Notes: generated from the sequence alone by a model not told the origin. Positions 1 to 13,289 are shown, numbered from the stretch's first letter. The stretch is 64,000 nt of DNA from Pseudomonadales bacterium (GCA_965263235.1 OZ253667.1:642189-706188), one strand, 5' to 3'. Program-made: numbers and translations.

Positions 1-4
1 CTGT

Positions 5-3000
5 ATGAGTAAAGGTCTTTGCACGTCCGAAGACTTTCGGGACAATTGTGGTTTTGGTCTGATCGCCCATATCGAGGGTGAGGCTAGTCATCGCCTTCTT
101 GAAACTGCTATCCAGTCACTTACCTGCATGACGCATCGTGGTGGTATTGCCGCCGATGGGAAAACAGGGGATGGTTGCGGTTTATTGTTTTCAAAACCGG
201 ATAGTTTTTTTCGTACCGAAGCTGACAAGCTAGGCATCGCGTTGGGCGATGACTACGCGGTCGGCATGTTTTTTATGAGCACGGACGCGGATGTTTTTGC
301 CGAGCAGCAAAAAAGTATCGAAGCCCTGGCGCTAGAAAAACAACTTCCGGTAGTAGGCTGGCGGGCGGTCCCTGTAGATCCTTCTGTACTTGGAGAAATC
401 GCAACAGGCAACCAACCCGCTATTTACCAATGCTTTATATCCTGTGACGAGCTGCCTTCGGATACGCAAAGTGAAATTGCGCTATTTGTGCTGCGTCGCC
501 TTATCGAAAAGCAATTAGCGCAAACTAACTTTAATATCGTTACGTTATCCCGCAAGGTGGTTGCCTATAAAGGGCTGGTAATGCCTGCGGATTTGAGTAC
601 CTATTACGCTGATCTTGGCGAGCCAGGGTTGGAGATTTCTATTTGCGTATTTCACCAGCGCTTTTCGACTAACACCTTACCGCAATGGCACTTGGCCCAG
701 CCGTTCAGGATGCTTGCTCATAACGGTGAGATCAACACGGTCTTAGGTAACCGCAATTGGGCAGCGGCTCGCCGCAATAAGTTTGTGTCAGAAAAGTTTT
801 CAGATGCGATGGAAGACATCTGGCCTGTAGTCAACCGTGTGGGTTCGGATTCATCAAGCTTAGACAACATGTTAGAGCTGCTAACCATTGGTGGAATAGA
901 GCTTTACCGCGCAGCACGAATGTTAGTGCCACCTGCCTGGCAGAATGTCGAAACAATGGATTCTGATCTTCGTGCTTTTTATGAATATAACTCCATGCAT
1001 ATGGAGCCGTGGGATGGCCCGGCTGGACTGGTGATGACTGATGGCCGTCACGCGATTTGTATGCTTGACCGTAACGGGTTGAGGCCCGCGCGCTACGTGC
1101 GTACTAAAGATGGTTTTATCACAGTTGCTTCGGAAATTGGCACCTATGACTACGCTGATGAAGATGTGGTAGAGAAAGGTCGTATCGGACCGGGCCAGAT
1201 TTTGTCGATAGACACCGAACAGGGTGAGCTGCTGCACACTATCGATATTGACCATCGTTTGAAAAAGGCCAAGCCTTATAGGCAGTGGTTGCGTGAGCAA
1301 ACAGTAAGAATAGAAGGTATGCGGTTCGATCAAGAGAGTATCGAACCGACTGCGATTAATTCGCAACAGCCTATCGACATTTCGATGAAGATGTTCCAGG
1401 TCAGCTTCGAAGAGCGTGACCAGGTCATGCGCCCTCTTGCGGAAGGTGGTCAGGAAGGTGTGGGTTCGATGGGCGACGATACGCCAATGGCGGTGTTGTC
1501 CGATAAAGTTCGTTCTCTACACGATTACTTTAGACAACAGTTTGCGCAGGTGACTAATCCGCCAATAGATCCGTTGCGTGAGTCTATCGTGATGTCACTG
1601 GAAACATGTGTCGGAGCCGAGCAGAACGTTTTTGAGCAAACGCCAGAGCATGCAAGACGCATAGTGTTGGCTTCTCCCGTGCTCTCGCCGGACAAATACA
1701 GGGCGATGGAGTCTGTTGCTGAAACTAACGAACACTTTAAGTTAGTGGCGCTGGATTTGAATTACGACCCTAAGGTCATGAATTTGCAGCAGGCGGTTGT
1801 CGACGTATGTGATAGAGCTGAAGCTGCGGTTCGCGATGGGGCGGTCATTGTTGTGCTCGATGACCAAAGCCTTTCTAAAGGTAAGTTGCCAATTCATGCC
1901 TTGATGGCAACAGGTGCGGTACATCATCGCTTGTCGGAAGTCGGGCTACGCTGCGATTCAAACATTGTCGTGAAAACCGGTGTGGCAAGAGACTCTCACC
2001 AATTTGCAACCTTAATTGGATTCGGCGCAACAGCGGTATATCCATGGTTGGCCTATGAGGTATTGCAAGACCTGATTCACTCGGGTGAATTGTTGGGTAC
2101 GCAATCGCAATTGTTTAAAAATTTCCGCAAAGGAATAAATAAAGGGCTGCTTAAAATTCTCTCCAAGATGGGCATCTCTACGATTGCTTCATATCGAGGG
2201 GCGCAATTGTTTGAGGCTGTTGGTCTTGCCGACGAAGTCGTCGACCTTTGTTTTAAAGGTGTAAATGTTCGAATTCGCGGTGCGGAATTTAGTGATTTCG
2301 AGCAAGACTTGCATCGTTTGAGTAAGCTTGCCTGGTCAGTAAGAAAGTCTATCCAGCAAGGCGGTATTTTAAAATATGTGCATGGGGGCGAGTACCATGC
2401 GTTTAACCCGGATGTGGTCAGTGCGCTACAAGATGCGGTTCAATCTGGCGACTATAGCTTGTATAGCCGGTACGCTGACCTCGTCAATAAAAGGCCGATT
2501 GCCAACTTACGCGATTTGTTAGGTCTTAAGCTTGCCGACACCGCGTTATCACTTGATGAAGTAGAACCGATTGAAGAAATATTAAAACGGTTTGACTCGG
2601 CAGGAATGTCTCTGGGAGCGTTGTCGCCAGAAGCGCATGAAGCATTAGCGCAAGCAATGAATAGCATGGGAGGCCGCTCGAATTCTGGTGAGGGTGGTGA
2701 AGACCCTGCACGCTATGGTACAGAACGAGTTTCGAAAATTAAGCAGGTTGCCTCGGGTCGATTTGGTGTTACTCCAGCTTACCTTGCTAACGCGGAAGTG
2801 TTGCAAATAAAGGTGGCGCAGGGTGCAAAACCCGGTGAGGGTGGCCAGCTGCCGGGTGGTAAAGTAAACAAGCTTATCGCGCGTCTGCGATACTCGGTTC
2901 CCGGTGTTACTCTTATTTCTCCACCGCCGCATCACGATATCTATTCGATTGAAGATTTGGCGCAGTTGATCTTTGATCTTAAGCAGGTAAACCCCTCAGC

Positions 3001-4465
3001 GCTTGTGTCAGTTAAATTAGTATCCGAGCCCGGCGTTGGAACTATCGCCGCCGGTGTTGCCAAGGCATATGCCGATCTAATTACGATCTCGGGCTATGAC
3101 GGCGGAACAGCCGCAAGTCCATTAACGTCTATCCGCTATGCAGGTTCCCCCTGGGAGCTTGGTCTGGCCGAGACTCACCAGGCCTTGCGCGTAAACCATT
3201 TGCGCGGCCAGGTTCGAGTGCAAACCGATGGTGGCTTAAAGACTGGCCTGGATGTTGTAAAAGCTGCCATTTTAGGTGCGGAAAGCTTTGGTTTTGGTAC
3301 CGCGCCAATGGTCGCGCTAGGTTGTAAGTACCTGCGTATATGTCACCTGAACAATTGTGCGACTGGCGTTGCAACCCAGAAAGATTCGCTACGTGACGAT
3401 CATTTTATTGGTACCGTTGAAATGGTGGTTAACTTTTTCCGCTTTGTTGCAGAAGAAACCCGCGAATGGTTGGCCAGGCTAGGTGTGCCAAGCCTGGAAG
3501 CGCTGGTAGGCAGAGTTGATTTGTTAGAGCGCTTGCCGGGTGCAACTGCAAAGCAAAACAAGCTCGACTTTACGCCTATGCTGACTAGCGAGGCAGCCGA
3601 AGACGCACCCCAGACTTGCCAGGTTGCTTTTAACGAGCCATTTGATAAGGGTGAGCTTGCAGAAAAAATGGTTGCAGAGATGATGTCTGCTGTCGAATCA
3701 AAACAGGGTGGTGATTTCGAATATAGCGTGACGAATTGTGATCGCTCGATTGGCGCACGGCTTTCAGGAGAAATAGCGCTTCGCTATGGCAATACAGGTA
3801 TGAATGATGCGCCGCTGAACCTGACCTTGCGTGGTACGGTCGGTCAGAGTTTTGGTGTGTGGAATGCCGGCGGATTAAATATGACACTATTCGGTGATGC
3901 AAACGACTATGTCGGCAAGGGCATGGCCGGTGGAAGAATAGTATTGCGACCGGGTGAAAAGAGCGAATACGAATCTCGAAAAGCGCCAATTATGGGGAAT
4001 ACCTGTCTGTATGGTGGCACCGGTGGTGTGTTGTATGCGGCAGGAAAAGCTGGAGAGCGGTTTGCTGTTCGAAACTCAGGTGTGCAGGCCGTTATTGAAG
4101 GTGCCGGTGATCACTGCTGCGAGTATATGACGGGCGGCATGGTTGTTGTGTTGGGTAAAACAGGCAATAACTTTGGTGCGGGTATGACTGGCGGCATGGC
4201 ATATGTGTTAGACCAGGATAACGGGTTTGTTGATCGTTATAATCATGAGTTAGTTGAAATCTGCCGAATCAATTCTGAAAGTTTTGAAGGTTATCGAAGT
4301 CATTTGCGCGGCCATATACGTTCTTTTGTAGAGGCGACTGGAAGTGAATGGGGTGCCCATATTCTGGAAAATTGGGATGATTTCATCCGGCTGTTTTGGC
4401 TTGTTAAGCCTAAGGCCGCCAATCTTGAAGGTTTGTTGGAAAGTGTGCGTTCGCGAGCAGCGTAA
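5..4465 (+). CDS. gltB: glutamate synthase (NADPH) large subunit
   Basis: 1486-aa ORF. It has the N-terminal amidotransferase signature [14 protein letters not shown], a central FMN/Fe-S region and a C-terminal glycine-rich beta-helix region, and gltD lies directly downstream. Confidence 0.97.
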   Translation: MSKGLCTSEDFRDNCGFGLIAHIEGEASHRLLETAIQSLTCMTHRGGIAADGKTGDGCGLLFSKPDSFFRTEADKLGIALGDDYAVGMFFMSTDADVFAEQQKSIEALALEKQLPVVGWRAVPVDPSVLGEIATGNQPAIYQCFISCDELPSDTQSEIALFVLRRLIEKQLAQTNFNIVTLSRKVVAYKGLVMPADLSTYYADLGEPGLEISICVFHQRFSTNTLPQWHLAQPFRMLAHNGEINTVLGNRNWAAARRNKFVSEKFSDAMEDIWPVVNRVGSDSSSLDNMLELLTIGGIELYRAARMLVPPAWQNVETMDSDLRAFYEYNSMHMEPWDGPAGLVMTDGRHAICMLDRNGLRPARYVRTKDGFITVASEIGTYDYADEDVVEKGRIGPGQILSIDTEQGELLHTIDIDHRLKKAKPYRQWLREQTVRIEGMRFDQESIEPTAINSQQPIDISMKMFQVSFEERDQVMRPLAEGGQEGVGSMGDDTPMAVLSDKVRSLHDYFRQQFAQVTNPPIDPLRESIVMSLETCVGAEQNVFEQTPEHARRIVLASPVLSPDKYRAMESVAETNEHFKLVALDLNYDPKVMNLQQAVVDVCDRAEAAVRDGAVIVVLDDQSLSKGKLPIHALMATGAVHHRLSEVGLRCDSNIVVKTGVARDSHQFATLIGFGATAVYPWLAYEVLQDLIHSGELLGTQSQLFKNFRKGINKGLLKILSKMGISTIASYRGAQLFEAVGLADEVVDLCFKGVNVRIRGAEFSDFEQDLHRLSKLAWSVRKSIQQGGILKYVHGGEYHAFNPDVVSALQDAVQSGDYSLYSRYADLVNKRPIANLRDLLGLKLADTALSLDEVEPIEEILKRFDSAGMSLGALSPEAHEALAQAMNSMGGRSNSGEGGEDPARYGTERVSKIKQVASGRFGVTPAYLANAEVLQIKVAQGAKPGEGGQLPGGKVNKLIARLRYSVPGVTLISPPPHHDIYSIEDLAQLIFDLKQVNPSALVSVKLVSEPGVGTIAAGVAKAYADLITISGYDGGTAASPLTSIRYAGSPWELGLAETHQALRVNHLRGQVRVQTDGGLKTGLDVVKAAILGAESFGFGTAPMVALGCKYLRICHLNNCATGVATQKDSLRDDHFIGTVEMVVNFFRFVAEETREWLARLGVPSLEALVGRVDLLERLPGATAKQNKLDFTPMLTSEAAEDAPQTCQVAFNEPFDKGELAEKMVAEMMSAVESKQGGDFEYSVTNCDRSIGARLSGEIALRYGNTGMNDAPLNLTLRGTVGQSFGVWNAGGLNMTLFGDANDYVGKGMAGGRIVLRPGEKSEYESRKAPIMGNTCLYGGTGGVLYAAGKAGERFAVRNSGVQAVIEGAGDHCCEYMTGGMVVVLGKTGNNFGAGMTGGMAYVLDQDNGFVDRYNHELVEICRINSESFEGYRSHLRGHIRSFVEATGSEWGAHILENWDDFIRLFWLVKPKAANLEGLLESVRSRAA

Positions 4466-4518
4466 GCTGTTGGCGCTCCGGCTTCTACAAACGCTCAGGT
4501 TTAAAAGAGTTTGTTTGA

Positions 4519-5997
<1,479 letters not shown>

Positions 5998-6039
5998 GCT
6001 TCGCCAGTCTCTAAGTGTTAGAAAGGGGGATGCCCCCAG

Positions 6040-7128
6040 ATGGTAGGTGTTTCCTTGTCTTTTCCAGAATTAAAAAACGACCGATTTCTAAAAGCACTAC
6101 GACGCCAGCCCGTTGACCGAACGCCCATCTGGATGATGCGTCAGGCCGGCCGCTATTTACCTGAGTATCGCGAAACTCGTCAGCAGGCTGGCAGTTTTCT
6201 TGATTTATGCAAGAACACTGAGCTAGCTTGTGAGGTCACGATGCAACCGTTGCGTCGCTATCCGCTGGATGCAGCAATTCTCTTTTCTGACATTCTTACT
6301 ATCCCGGATGCAATGGGTCTGGGCCTCTATTTTGCCGAAGGAGAGGGGCCAAAGTTTGAGCGGCCTATTCGCTCTGAAAAAGATATCGATAACATTCCCG
6401 CTGATGTTCAGTCTGAACTGCACTATGTAACTGACGCAGTGGCACTAATTCGCCAAGAGCTTGATGGAAAGGTGCCGTTGATCGGTTTCTCCGGAAGCCC
6501 GTGGACGCTTGCGACTTATATGATAGAAGGGCAATCTACACGCGAATTTAAAAATATTAAGCAGTGGCTGTATAAGCAGCCAGAGTTACTGCACCGCTTA
6601 TTGGATAAGTTAGCTGATGCGGTAGTTGTCTATCTTCAGGCGCAAATAGAAGCGGGTGCGCAGGCAGTTCAAATATTTGATACCTGGGGTGGTGTTTTAA
6701 GCGACACTGCCTATCAAAGTTTTTCTTTGCGCTATATGGACACGATTTGCCGAGAGCTTAAGCGTAAGTATCCTGATGTTCCTGTTATCCTTTTTACCAA
6801 AGGGGCGGGCGTTTGGCTTGAAAAGATCGCAGCCACAGGATGTGATGCACTAGGACTGGATTGGTCGGTTAACATTAGAGAAGCCAGGCAAAGATTGCAG
6901 GATAAAGTTGCGCTGCAAGGGAATATGGATCCCGCTGTGTTGCGAGCGCCAGTCGCAGTGATTGAAAGAGAAGTTGCAGAGATACTAAGAAGCTTCGGTA
7001 AGCACGGCGACAATAGCGGACATGTTTTTAATCTGGGCCATGGGATAACCCCAGATATTGACCCGGAGCATGCTGCGGCCTTTATTGATGCTGTGGTCAC
7101 TCAGTCGCCCCCTTATCACAGAAGTTAG
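6040..7128 (+). CDS. hemE: uroporphyrinogen decarboxylase
   Basis: 362 aa. The N-terminus [33 protein letters not shown] and the block [19 protein letters not shown] are characteristic of HemE. An aaggggg Shine-Dalgarno lies upstream of the ATG. Confidence 0.95.
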   Translation: MVGVSLSFPELKNDRFLKALRRQPVDRTPIWMMRQAGRYLPEYRETRQQAGSFLDLCKNTELACEVTMQPLRRYPLDAAILFSDILTIPDAMGLGLYFAEGEGPKFERPIRSEKDIDNIPADVQSELHYVTDAVALIRQELDGKVPLIGFSGSPWTLATYMIEGQSTREFKNIKQWLYKQPELLHRLLDKLADAVVVYLQAQIEAGAQAVQIFDTWGGVLSDTAYQSFSLRYMDTICRELKRKYPDVPVILFTKGAGVWLEKIAATGCDALGLDWSVNIREARQRLQDKVALQGNMDPAVLRAPVAVIEREVAEILRSFGKHGDNSGHVFNLGHGITPDIDPEHAAAFIDAVVTQSPPYHRS

Positions 7129-7158
7129 CCTGTCTAGAATAAAAACTGGAGGTTAGAA

Positions 7159-7638
7159 ATGCAAAGTCAATCCGAGCTTCCAAATAAAGAGAATGCACCT
7201 GAGTCAGCTGTGAACGCTGCTTCGACAGAGCTGGTCGATGCCCGCTTGATTCCCCGAATCCGGCGAGCCCAGCGGGCAGTAATGTTTGTTTGCTTGTTAT
7301 TGATCGCTAGCCAGGTGATGGCGTTATTGTTCGCCCTGATAGGCTTCGGGGTGGGCTTGCTCGGTGGGGCAGCGACAATTGTTGTTTCCTGGTTTGCGAC
7401 CCGTAAAGCCAAGGCTAGTGCAAGTTCAACTGCATGGTTTATATTGCCCCCTCTGATTTTTACCGTTATTCCATTGGTGCTTAAATTTTTGTTAAGTGAC
7501 AGGGAAGAGAGTTTAACGCTGCAAATGTTTCTACTAAGTAATTTGCCGTTTGTGCTCGGCTTTTTATTGCCCGTGGTTGTGCTTTTAGCGATTTATTGGC
7601 GCATGGCCAAGTTGATAGAAATGATTGTGGCGAAGTAG
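7159..7638 (+). CDS. hypothetical membrane protein (about 4 predicted TM helices)
   Basis: 159-aa ORF with ggag upstream (tggaggttagaaATG) and long hydrophobic stretches. No family was recognised. Confidence 0.5.
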   Translation: MQSQSELPNKENAPESAVNAASTELVDARLIPRIRRAQRAVMFVCLLLIASQVMALLFALIGFGVGLLGGAATIVVSWFATRKAKASASSTAWFILPPLIFTVIPLVLKFLLSDREESLTLQMFLLSNLPFVLGFLLPVVVLLAIYWRMAKLIEMIVAK

Positions 7639-7642
7639 CAAG

Positions 7643-8536
7643 TTAAAGCCTTCGCTTGATCAAAACGCTGGTAATAGCATCGGCAACTTGAGGGATTACG
7701 GTATCAGGCAGTCCGTGCCCCATACCTTTGACAATATGTAACTCGGAATTAGGTAAATGTTTTGCGGTGTCGATGCCGCATTCAACTCTTACCAGTGGAT
7801 CTTCGTCACCATGAATGACGGCTGTCGGCAATTCGATAGAGCTAAGTAATTTTCTACGGTCAGGTGACGCGATGGCGGCAACGAGTTGTCGACCGCTACC
7901 AGAAGGGTAGTGACTTCTATTAAAATTGTTGGTAACTGATGCTCGTAACACCTCCGGGTTGTAAAAGTGTTTGGAGCCTTGCAGTGTTTGCAGTACTTTC
8001 ATGTTTCTTTCAACTACTGCTTGTGGGCGGCTTGCGTTGGGATGAGGCGTCAATAACGCTTTGCGTGCCCTTCGCGTGGGTTGCGGTAAAAAGCGGTTTC
8101 CTGTTGTAGACATAATCGATGTGAGGGTGAGCACCCGTTCGGGAAAATGGCCTGCGATGAGTTGCGAGATCATGCCGCCCATAGAGACGCCAACAAGATG
8201 TGCTTTTTCGATGTTAAGCGCGTCCAGTATTCCTATAGTATCTCTCGCCATATCCATTAGCGTATAAGGGATGTTTGGACGAAAGCCCAGAACGCTTTGC
8301 AGTACAACTTTTCGAGGGTTTGGTATCCTGGAGTTATCAAATTTTGATGACAGGCCAATGTCCCGGTTGTCAAAGCGCACTACGTGGTAGCCACTGTCGA
8401 CTATCTGTTGGATCAGTCCCATGGGCCAACTCGTTAGTTGCGCGCCCAGCCCCATAATCAGTAGGACAGTTTGATTCTCGGGATTTCCGTGAGTTTCGTA
8501 TTCGAATGTAAGTCCGTTGGCGTTTGCTATCGGCAT
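7643..8536 (-). CDS. alpha/beta-fold hydrolase
   Basis: 297 aa. It has the nucleophile elbow GVSMGG, an HGxxxxxxxW-type N-terminal block (LLIMGLGAQLTSW) and the C-terminal histidine motif GMGHG. Confidence 0.8.
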   Translation of the reverse strand: MPIANANGLTFEYETHGNPENQTVLLIMGLGAQLTSWPMGLIQQIVDSGYHVVRFDNRDIGLSSKFDNSRIPNPRKVVLQSVLGFRPNIPYTLMDMARDTIGILDALNIEKAHLVGVSMGGMISQLIAGHFPERVLTLTSIMSTTGNRFLPQPTRRARKALLTPHPNASRPQAVVERNMKVLQTLQGSKHFYNPEVLRASVTNNFNRSHYPSGSGRQLVAAIASPDRRKLLSSIELPTAVIHGDEDPLVRVECGIDTAKHLPNSELHIVKGMGHGLPDTVIPQVADAITSVLIKRRL

Positions 8537-8555
8537 GGTACTGGTTTTTTTCTGG

Positions 8556-9041
8556 TTACCTTCCTGTTAATGCAAAGGTCGCTGACAAGGTGCTGTTAGC
8601 GTTTTGTGCGTTTTCCCTTGGGTCGTGATTATAGATTTCGGCGCAAACCTCTACTTTACCTTTGTCGCGGCTATTGGCTCTATCGACAAACTTAATCATG
8701 TGTTCTTGTGGTGTTTTAGCCATCGCAAAAAAGCGCTCACTAGTGGTCGGCGCGAGATAATCGATGTTTGCATGGGCAATAACGAACTGGGTTTCTTTAT
8801 GGTTGTTGTTTACCATGTTCAGGTAAGTTAGAGCCCAGGCGCTTGAAAGTGCCAAAACATACTGGCTGCCACCAAAAGCAGTACCCTTGTCGTTATAGTT
8901 TGCGCTGAGCGGTGCTGACAGGATAACACTGTCTGCATCAGCCTTTTCGACCTGGATTTCCAGGCTTTTAAGCGCGGGTAAATATTGAGTGACAAAGCTT
9001 TCCAGTTCGTCATATAGCCACGTTGATTTTGGATTTAACAC
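8556..9041 (-). CDS. hotdog-fold thioesterase-like protein (YiiD C-terminal domain type)
   Basis: 161 aa. The pattern ...NYNDKGTAFGGSQYVLALSSAWALTYL... resembles the putative thioesterase domain at the C-terminus of YiiD. The assignment is by eye only. Confidence 0.55.
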   Translation of the reverse strand: MLNPKSTWLYDELESFVTQYLPALKSLEIQVEKADADSVILSAPLSANYNDKGTAFGGSQYVLALSSAWALTYLNMVNNNHKETQFVIAHANIDYLAPTTSERFFAMAKTPQEHMIKFVDRANSRDKGKVEVCAEIYNHDPRENAQNANSTLSATFALTGR

Positions 9042-9065
9042 AAAGCTACCTTTTGTTGCGCCAGT

Positions 9066-10283
9066 CTAGATGATTTCGAAGGTAAGGCCAGCATTTGCGA
9101 CAAGCCTGTCAATAAGGTTTTGGCCCATCATAGATGATGGCGTCCAAAAGCCACCGCTTGCATCGGTTTCCAGGATGCATATTGCTGCTTCTGATAACAT
9201 TTTTGCTGTGGAGCCATAGCCGGGGTCCCTGTCTCCTGTAACTTTAATTGTGATGATGTTGCCGCTTTTGGTTTCGCCAGCCAGCCATAAGTTAAAGAAA
9301 CCATTTTCCTGTTCGCTTTTCGAAGGGCCTTCTCCAGGTTTTGGAAGAGCAAATTTTGCAAGCAGCTTTCTCGTGGGGGCTGCGGAGATTAATGCCATAA
9401 ATCCTCCCATTCCTCCCGTCATGCCTAACGCACGCAGCCTGCCTTTTGCTCCCGCGCCTGTCATGGTGTACTCAGAATATTTAAAATCTTTGCCGTATTG
9501 ATCGTTGAGTAATGCGTTGCTGCGATGGACAACTTTGGTGTTAATTGCTGCCATGACAAATGGAGCGCACCAGCTTTTCAAATTTTTGCTCTCATAAAAA
9601 GCATTGGTTCGCTGGCGTGTAGTGTAATCGTGGTCTTTTGGGCAAAGCACATATGGATTGCTGGCCTTTTTCCTTAGCGCAGGGTTTTTGGAGGTTTCTT
9701 CTACCGCATTCATTAAGCTTGCGATAGTGCCTCCGCTCATGCCGCCCCTGGCAGCCTTAACGCCCAGCTCAACTTGCGTGCAAGCTTCGCCAAAACGCTC
9801 CTGTGATGCCTGTTGTAGAAAGTAGTTTCCAAGGTCTGAAGGTATCGAGTCAAAGCCACAGCAATGAACGATTTTTGCGCCGCTTTCTATCGCAATGCTT
9901 TCGTATTTGTCGATCATTTCTTCTATCCAAAGCGGCTCGCCGGTAAGGTCGCAATAATGGGTGCCAGATTCTACGCACGCTTTTACTAATGGTTCGCCGT
10001 AGTAGGCGTAGGGGCCGACGGTAGAAATAATGAGTTTGGTCTTTTCACAAAGTGCAGTTAACGACTTTTCGTCGCTAGAGTTTGCGACAAGTGTGGGAAT
10101 AGATTCAGCGGCTTTGCCAAGACTGGATTTGAGCGCCTCCAGTTTCTCAGCTGAGCGAGCAGCGATTGCCCACTTTATATCTTCGTTATCTACACCGTAT
10201 TGTTTCAGAAAATATTCAACCGTAATCTCGCCCACAAAGCTAGTGGCGCCGTAAATAATAATATCGAAGTTTGCAGCAGTCAT
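9066..10283 (-). CDS. saccharopine dehydrogenase-like NAD(P)-binding oxidoreductase
   Basis: 405 aa. It has an N-terminal Rossmann motif IIIYGATSFVGE and the overall pattern of the saccharopine dehydrogenase / trans-acting enoyl reductase family. Confidence 0.75.
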   Translation of the reverse strand: MTAANFDIIIYGATSFVGEITVEYFLKQYGVDNEDIKWAIAARSAEKLEALKSSLGKAAESIPTLVANSSDEKSLTALCEKTKLIISTVGPYAYYGEPLVKACVESGTHYCDLTGEPLWIEEMIDKYESIAIESGAKIVHCCGFDSIPSDLGNYFLQQASQERFGEACTQVELGVKAARGGMSGGTIASLMNAVEETSKNPALRKKASNPYVLCPKDHDYTTRQRTNAFYESKNLKSWCAPFVMAAINTKVVHRSNALLNDQYGKDFKYSEYTMTGAGAKGRLRALGMTGGMGGFMALISAAPTRKLLAKFALPKPGEGPSKSEQENGFFNLWLAGETKSGNIITIKVTGDRDPGYGSTAKMLSEAAICILETDASGGFWTPSSMMGQNLIDRLVANAGLTFEII

Positions 10284-10380
10284 AAATCGGGTATCCTATA
10301 GTGGTGTATTTGCTAACGAGAGACTGGTGGCGCTAGCAAAATTATATGGGTTGTTGAACATTGTTGTAGGGTAGATAAAA

Positions 10381-11226
10381 ATGAGTGATCGCATTAAGGA
10401 TGTTTTTTTTGACTATGATGGTACCTGGTATGTCGGTCGCGAAGGGGCACTGGGCCCCTGGTTGTCTGATGCTTGTCATGCTGGGCCTCCTAGTGCGGCG
10501 CTTGCTCGTGACCTGGAGCAACATTGTCTTTCAAATAAAGGTGATAAAACCTTGTTGCGGATAACAATAAATTTGCTTCGTCCAATACCTATGGAAGGTT
10601 TTCGCATTTCGGTGATTACTGAAAAAGAAGGGAAGACAACCGCGTACCTAAGAGCTGAAATGTTCAGCCGCCAGGGAAATCTTTGTGCGGTAGCTACTTC
10701 GCTACATCAACGATTAGTTGATATCGGTCCTGTTCCCACTATTCCAGATGTTACTCCAGATAAAAAAGCGTTAGACGACTTTTTTCAGCATGGCGAAAAA
10801 AGTGCGTACAGTTTAGAAGGCAGACGTTTATTTCCTTCCGATGCCGGTTTTGCCAAGGCGGTCGACGTGGTTAGCGCCGAGCCGGGAAACCAGGATCCCC
10901 TTGAAGTTAAAACGCCTGGTTCACGCACAATATGGCTGCGTACGCCCCAGCTTATTGCTGAGGAAAAGATGTCTGGCTTTCAATCGTTATGTCCTTTGGC
11001 AGATTGCGGAAATGGATTTGCGGCAAATGCTGGCCTGGACGAATTTCGATATATGAACACTGACCTGACTATTTCCATGCATCGTGCTCCTGAAAGTGAA
11101 TGGCTCGCCTCCACAGCGCAGTCGCATTGGGGTGAACAAAGTCATGGGGCGTCTTACGCGACATTGTTCGATGAGCGAGGCTCGGTAGGGTCAGCAATTC
11201 AAACGTTATATATACAAAAAGCTTAG
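10381..11226 (+). CDS. acyl-CoA thioesterase-like (double hotdog) family protein
   Basis: 281 aa. Its size and two-lobed composition resemble the TesB-like thioesterase superfamily. The assignment is weak and by eye. Confidence 0.5.
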   Translation: MSDRIKDVFFDYDGTWYVGREGALGPWLSDACHAGPPSAALARDLEQHCLSNKGDKTLLRITINLLRPIPMEGFRISVITEKEGKTTAYLRAEMFSRQGNLCAVATSLHQRLVDIGPVPTIPDVTPDKKALDDFFQHGEKSAYSLEGRRLFPSDAGFAKAVDVVSAEPGNQDPLEVKTPGSRTIWLRTPQLIAEEKMSGFQSLCPLADCGNGFAANAGLDEFRYMNTDLTISMHRAPESEWLASTAQSHWGEQSHGASYATLFDERGSVGSAIQTLYIQKA

Positions 11227-11234
11227 ATATCTTT

Positions 11235-11885
11235 CTAACTTGTGGTTCGTGTTGCGTTGATAAAGAATGTGACCGCTTGATCGACAATCGACCCTATTTC
11301 TTCGTTGTCATACTCTTCAACGCCTAGCAGTAATTTGTGTTTCTTGTTGCTGCAGAGCAGTGCGATAAATTGCTCGGCGGCGAGTTCCGCGTCATCGACG
11401 AACAGACGCTTTCTGTCAATCTGGGTTTGCAGGCAATTTACTAGAAACGCTTTAACCCACGCTGGCCCAGCTTGCCAGTACATAAGCGAAGCTTCGGGGT
11501 GGCTACTGGCGCCGGCAATGCAAAGGCTTTCAAGGCGAACTGCGTCTTCACTAAAGATAAGTTCGCAAAGGCGTCGGCCTACACTGCGTAAGGTATCCTC
11601 AAGTGACATATTGTTAATGGTTTCTAGCCCTTCAGGAGTATGCGCGCGACACGCGGATGTGATAGCTTCCTTAAACAAGGCTTCCTTGCTGCCGAAATGG
11701 CTGTACAAGGTTTGCTTGGATACTTCCGCTTTTTGCGCGATTTGTACCATGTTTGCGTTGTCAAAACCTGACTCCAGAAAAACTGAGACTGCGGCCGATA
11801 CTATTGCATAGCGACGCTGCTGTTGGTTTTCCTCGCGAGTGTGAGCAGGATCCATATTCTTTACAGTTAAGTTGTATGGTGGCAA
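11235..11885 (-). CDS. TetR/AcrR family transcriptional regulator
   Basis: 216 aa. It has the N-terminal HTH FDNANMVQIAQKAEVSKQTLYSHFGSKEALF and is divergent from the RND pump genes. Confidence 0.88.
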   Translation of the reverse strand: MPPYNLTVKNMDPAHTREENQQQRRYAIVSAAVSVFLESGFDNANMVQIAQKAEVSKQTLYSHFGSKEALFKEAITSACRAHTPEGLETINNMSLEDTLRSVGRRLCELIFSEDAVRLESLCIAGASSHPEASLMYWQAGPAWVKAFLVNCLQTQIDRKRLFVDDAELAAEQFIALLCSNKKHKLLLGVEEYDNEEIGSIVDQAVTFFINATRTTS

Positions 11886-11948
11886 AAGATTACAGAGAAT
11901 CTCATAGAAAACGTATGTTTACTATAGGCCGTTTTGCGATTGTATCTT

Positions 11949-11970
11949 GACTAGACTGGACAGTCTAGTC
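11949..11970. promoter_or_regulatory. perfect 10-bp inverted repeat, candidate TetR operator
   Basis: The sequence gactagactg-ga-cagtctagtc lies in the tetR/RND divergent intergenic region. It overlaps a ttgact -35-like hexamer. Confidence 0.5.
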
Positions 11971-12065
11971 TAAATTAGGTCTCATCAAGTTGTACTGGGT
12001 GGCCATGAGGCGATTGGAGTTTGTAGTATCTTGGCCGCCTCGCTTTTATACAGGAATAATCACCG

Positions 12066-13289
12066 ATGCATATAGTGTCATTAGGAAGATTGAACAGAGC
12101 TCATTGTCGGGCGATAGCGTGGTCATGGAAAGGCGTAGGTCGATATATCGGCTTGCTGGCATTGGCTTTGGTGGTTGCGGGGTGCGAGAGCCGAGCGGCA
12201 CCTGGCTCAACGACGCAAAAAACTCATCAGAGTGTGTCGGTAAGGCAGGTTCAGGTGCAGTCGTCGTATTTTGTTGGCCGTGAATTTCTGGGTGTCGTCC
12301 AAGCGCCGCAGCGCGTTGACCTTGGGTTCGATTCGTCCGGTGCCATGCTTGAGGTACTGGTTAAAGAAGGTGATTGGGTCGAAGATGGCCAGGTTTTGGC
12401 TAAGCTGGACTCCTCGGTACTAGAGGCAAATTTAGCTTCGGCCGTCGCTTCACGACAGGATTTAAACGCACGCTTAAAGCTGGCCCAAAAAGAGCTGAAG
12501 CGTTTGGAGACACTTAGGGAGAAAAACTACGCGGCTGAAAGCCAAATCGATACGCTGGTATCGCAGCGTCAATCCCTTAGGGCCCAACTAAACGGTGCCC
12601 AGGCAAATATTACTTCCCTCGAAAGACAGCTTGAGAAAAAAGTACTCCATGCACCTTTTTCGGCGCGTGTTGCAGCGCGGTTTGTCGATCGTGGTGCTGT
12701 GGTGCAACCAGGTATGCCAGTGGTGCAGTTGTTAGAAGCGGGCAAGCTTGAAGCACGGGTTGGTATACCTGTCCGTATGGCTAGAAAAATTAAATTGGGA
12801 GCAACGTACACAGCAATTGTAGAAGGTAAAGAGTATCGAGCTATTGTTAAGTCGTTAGGCAGCTCTGTTAATCAAATAAGCAAGACGGTTGCAACTGAGC
12901 TAGAGATAGTCGATATAGACGCTAACAAAAAATTATTAGATGGCCAGATCGTTCGTTTGGTGTTGGATGAAGAGCGTGATAGTGAAGGCGCTTGGATTTC
13001 GGTGGACAGTCTTGTCGCTGGGACGCGAGGAACCTGGGATGTTTATGTCCTGGTAGAGCCTGGCGCTGAAATAAAAGAAGCAGATGGTGTTGATCTGCGA
13101 GTCGTAGAAAGGCGAAAGGTGAGTGTCGAATATATTGGCGGTGGGGGTGCGTACATCAGTTACGGACTGAATTCTGGGGATTGGGTTGCCGATGCTGGCG
13201 TGCAAAAACTTGCCGTTGGTCAGTTGGTTAAAATAGGGCGTAAGGTCAATGTCGCTGACTCGCGTAAGCGGTTTAGCTCGCATCAATAG
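12066..13289 (+). CDS. efflux RND transporter periplasmic adaptor (HlyD/MFP family)
   Basis: 407 aa. It has a lipobox-like LVVAGC, a coiled-coil hairpin region (LNARLKLAQKELKRLETL...) and a beta-barrel C-terminus, and it precedes the RND permease gene. Confidence 0.85.
   Translation: MHIVSLGRLNRAHCRAIAWSWKGVGRYIGLLALALVVAGCESRAAPGSTTQKTHQSVSVRQVQVQSSYFVGREFLGVVQAPQRVDLGFDSSGAMLEVLVKEGDWVEDGQVLAKLDSSVLEANLASAVASRQDLNARLKLAQKELKRLETLREKNYAAESQIDTLVSQRQSLRAQLNGAQANITSLERQLEKKVLHAPFSARVAARFVDRGAVVQPGMPVVQLLEAGKLEARVGIPVRMARKIKLGATYTAIVEGKEYRAIVKSLGSSVNQISKTVATELEIVDIDANKKLLDGQIVRLVLDEERDSEGAWISVDSLVAGTRGTWDVYVLVEPGAEIKEADGVDLRVVERRKVSVEYIGGGGAYISYGLNSGDWVADAGVQKLAVGQLVKIGRKVNVADSRKRFSSHQ

Noticed and set aside
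923-3989. Several 60-150-aa minus-strand ORFs inside gltB (923..1366, 2645..2935, 3630..3989 and others).
   Set aside because: All are antisense or alternate-frame to gltB. No motifs or SD sequences were noted.
11990-12283. A 97-aa alternate-frame ORF at the 5' end of the RND adaptor gene.
   Set aside because: It overlaps the adaptor ORF, which has a lipobox and family features. The alternate frame has none.
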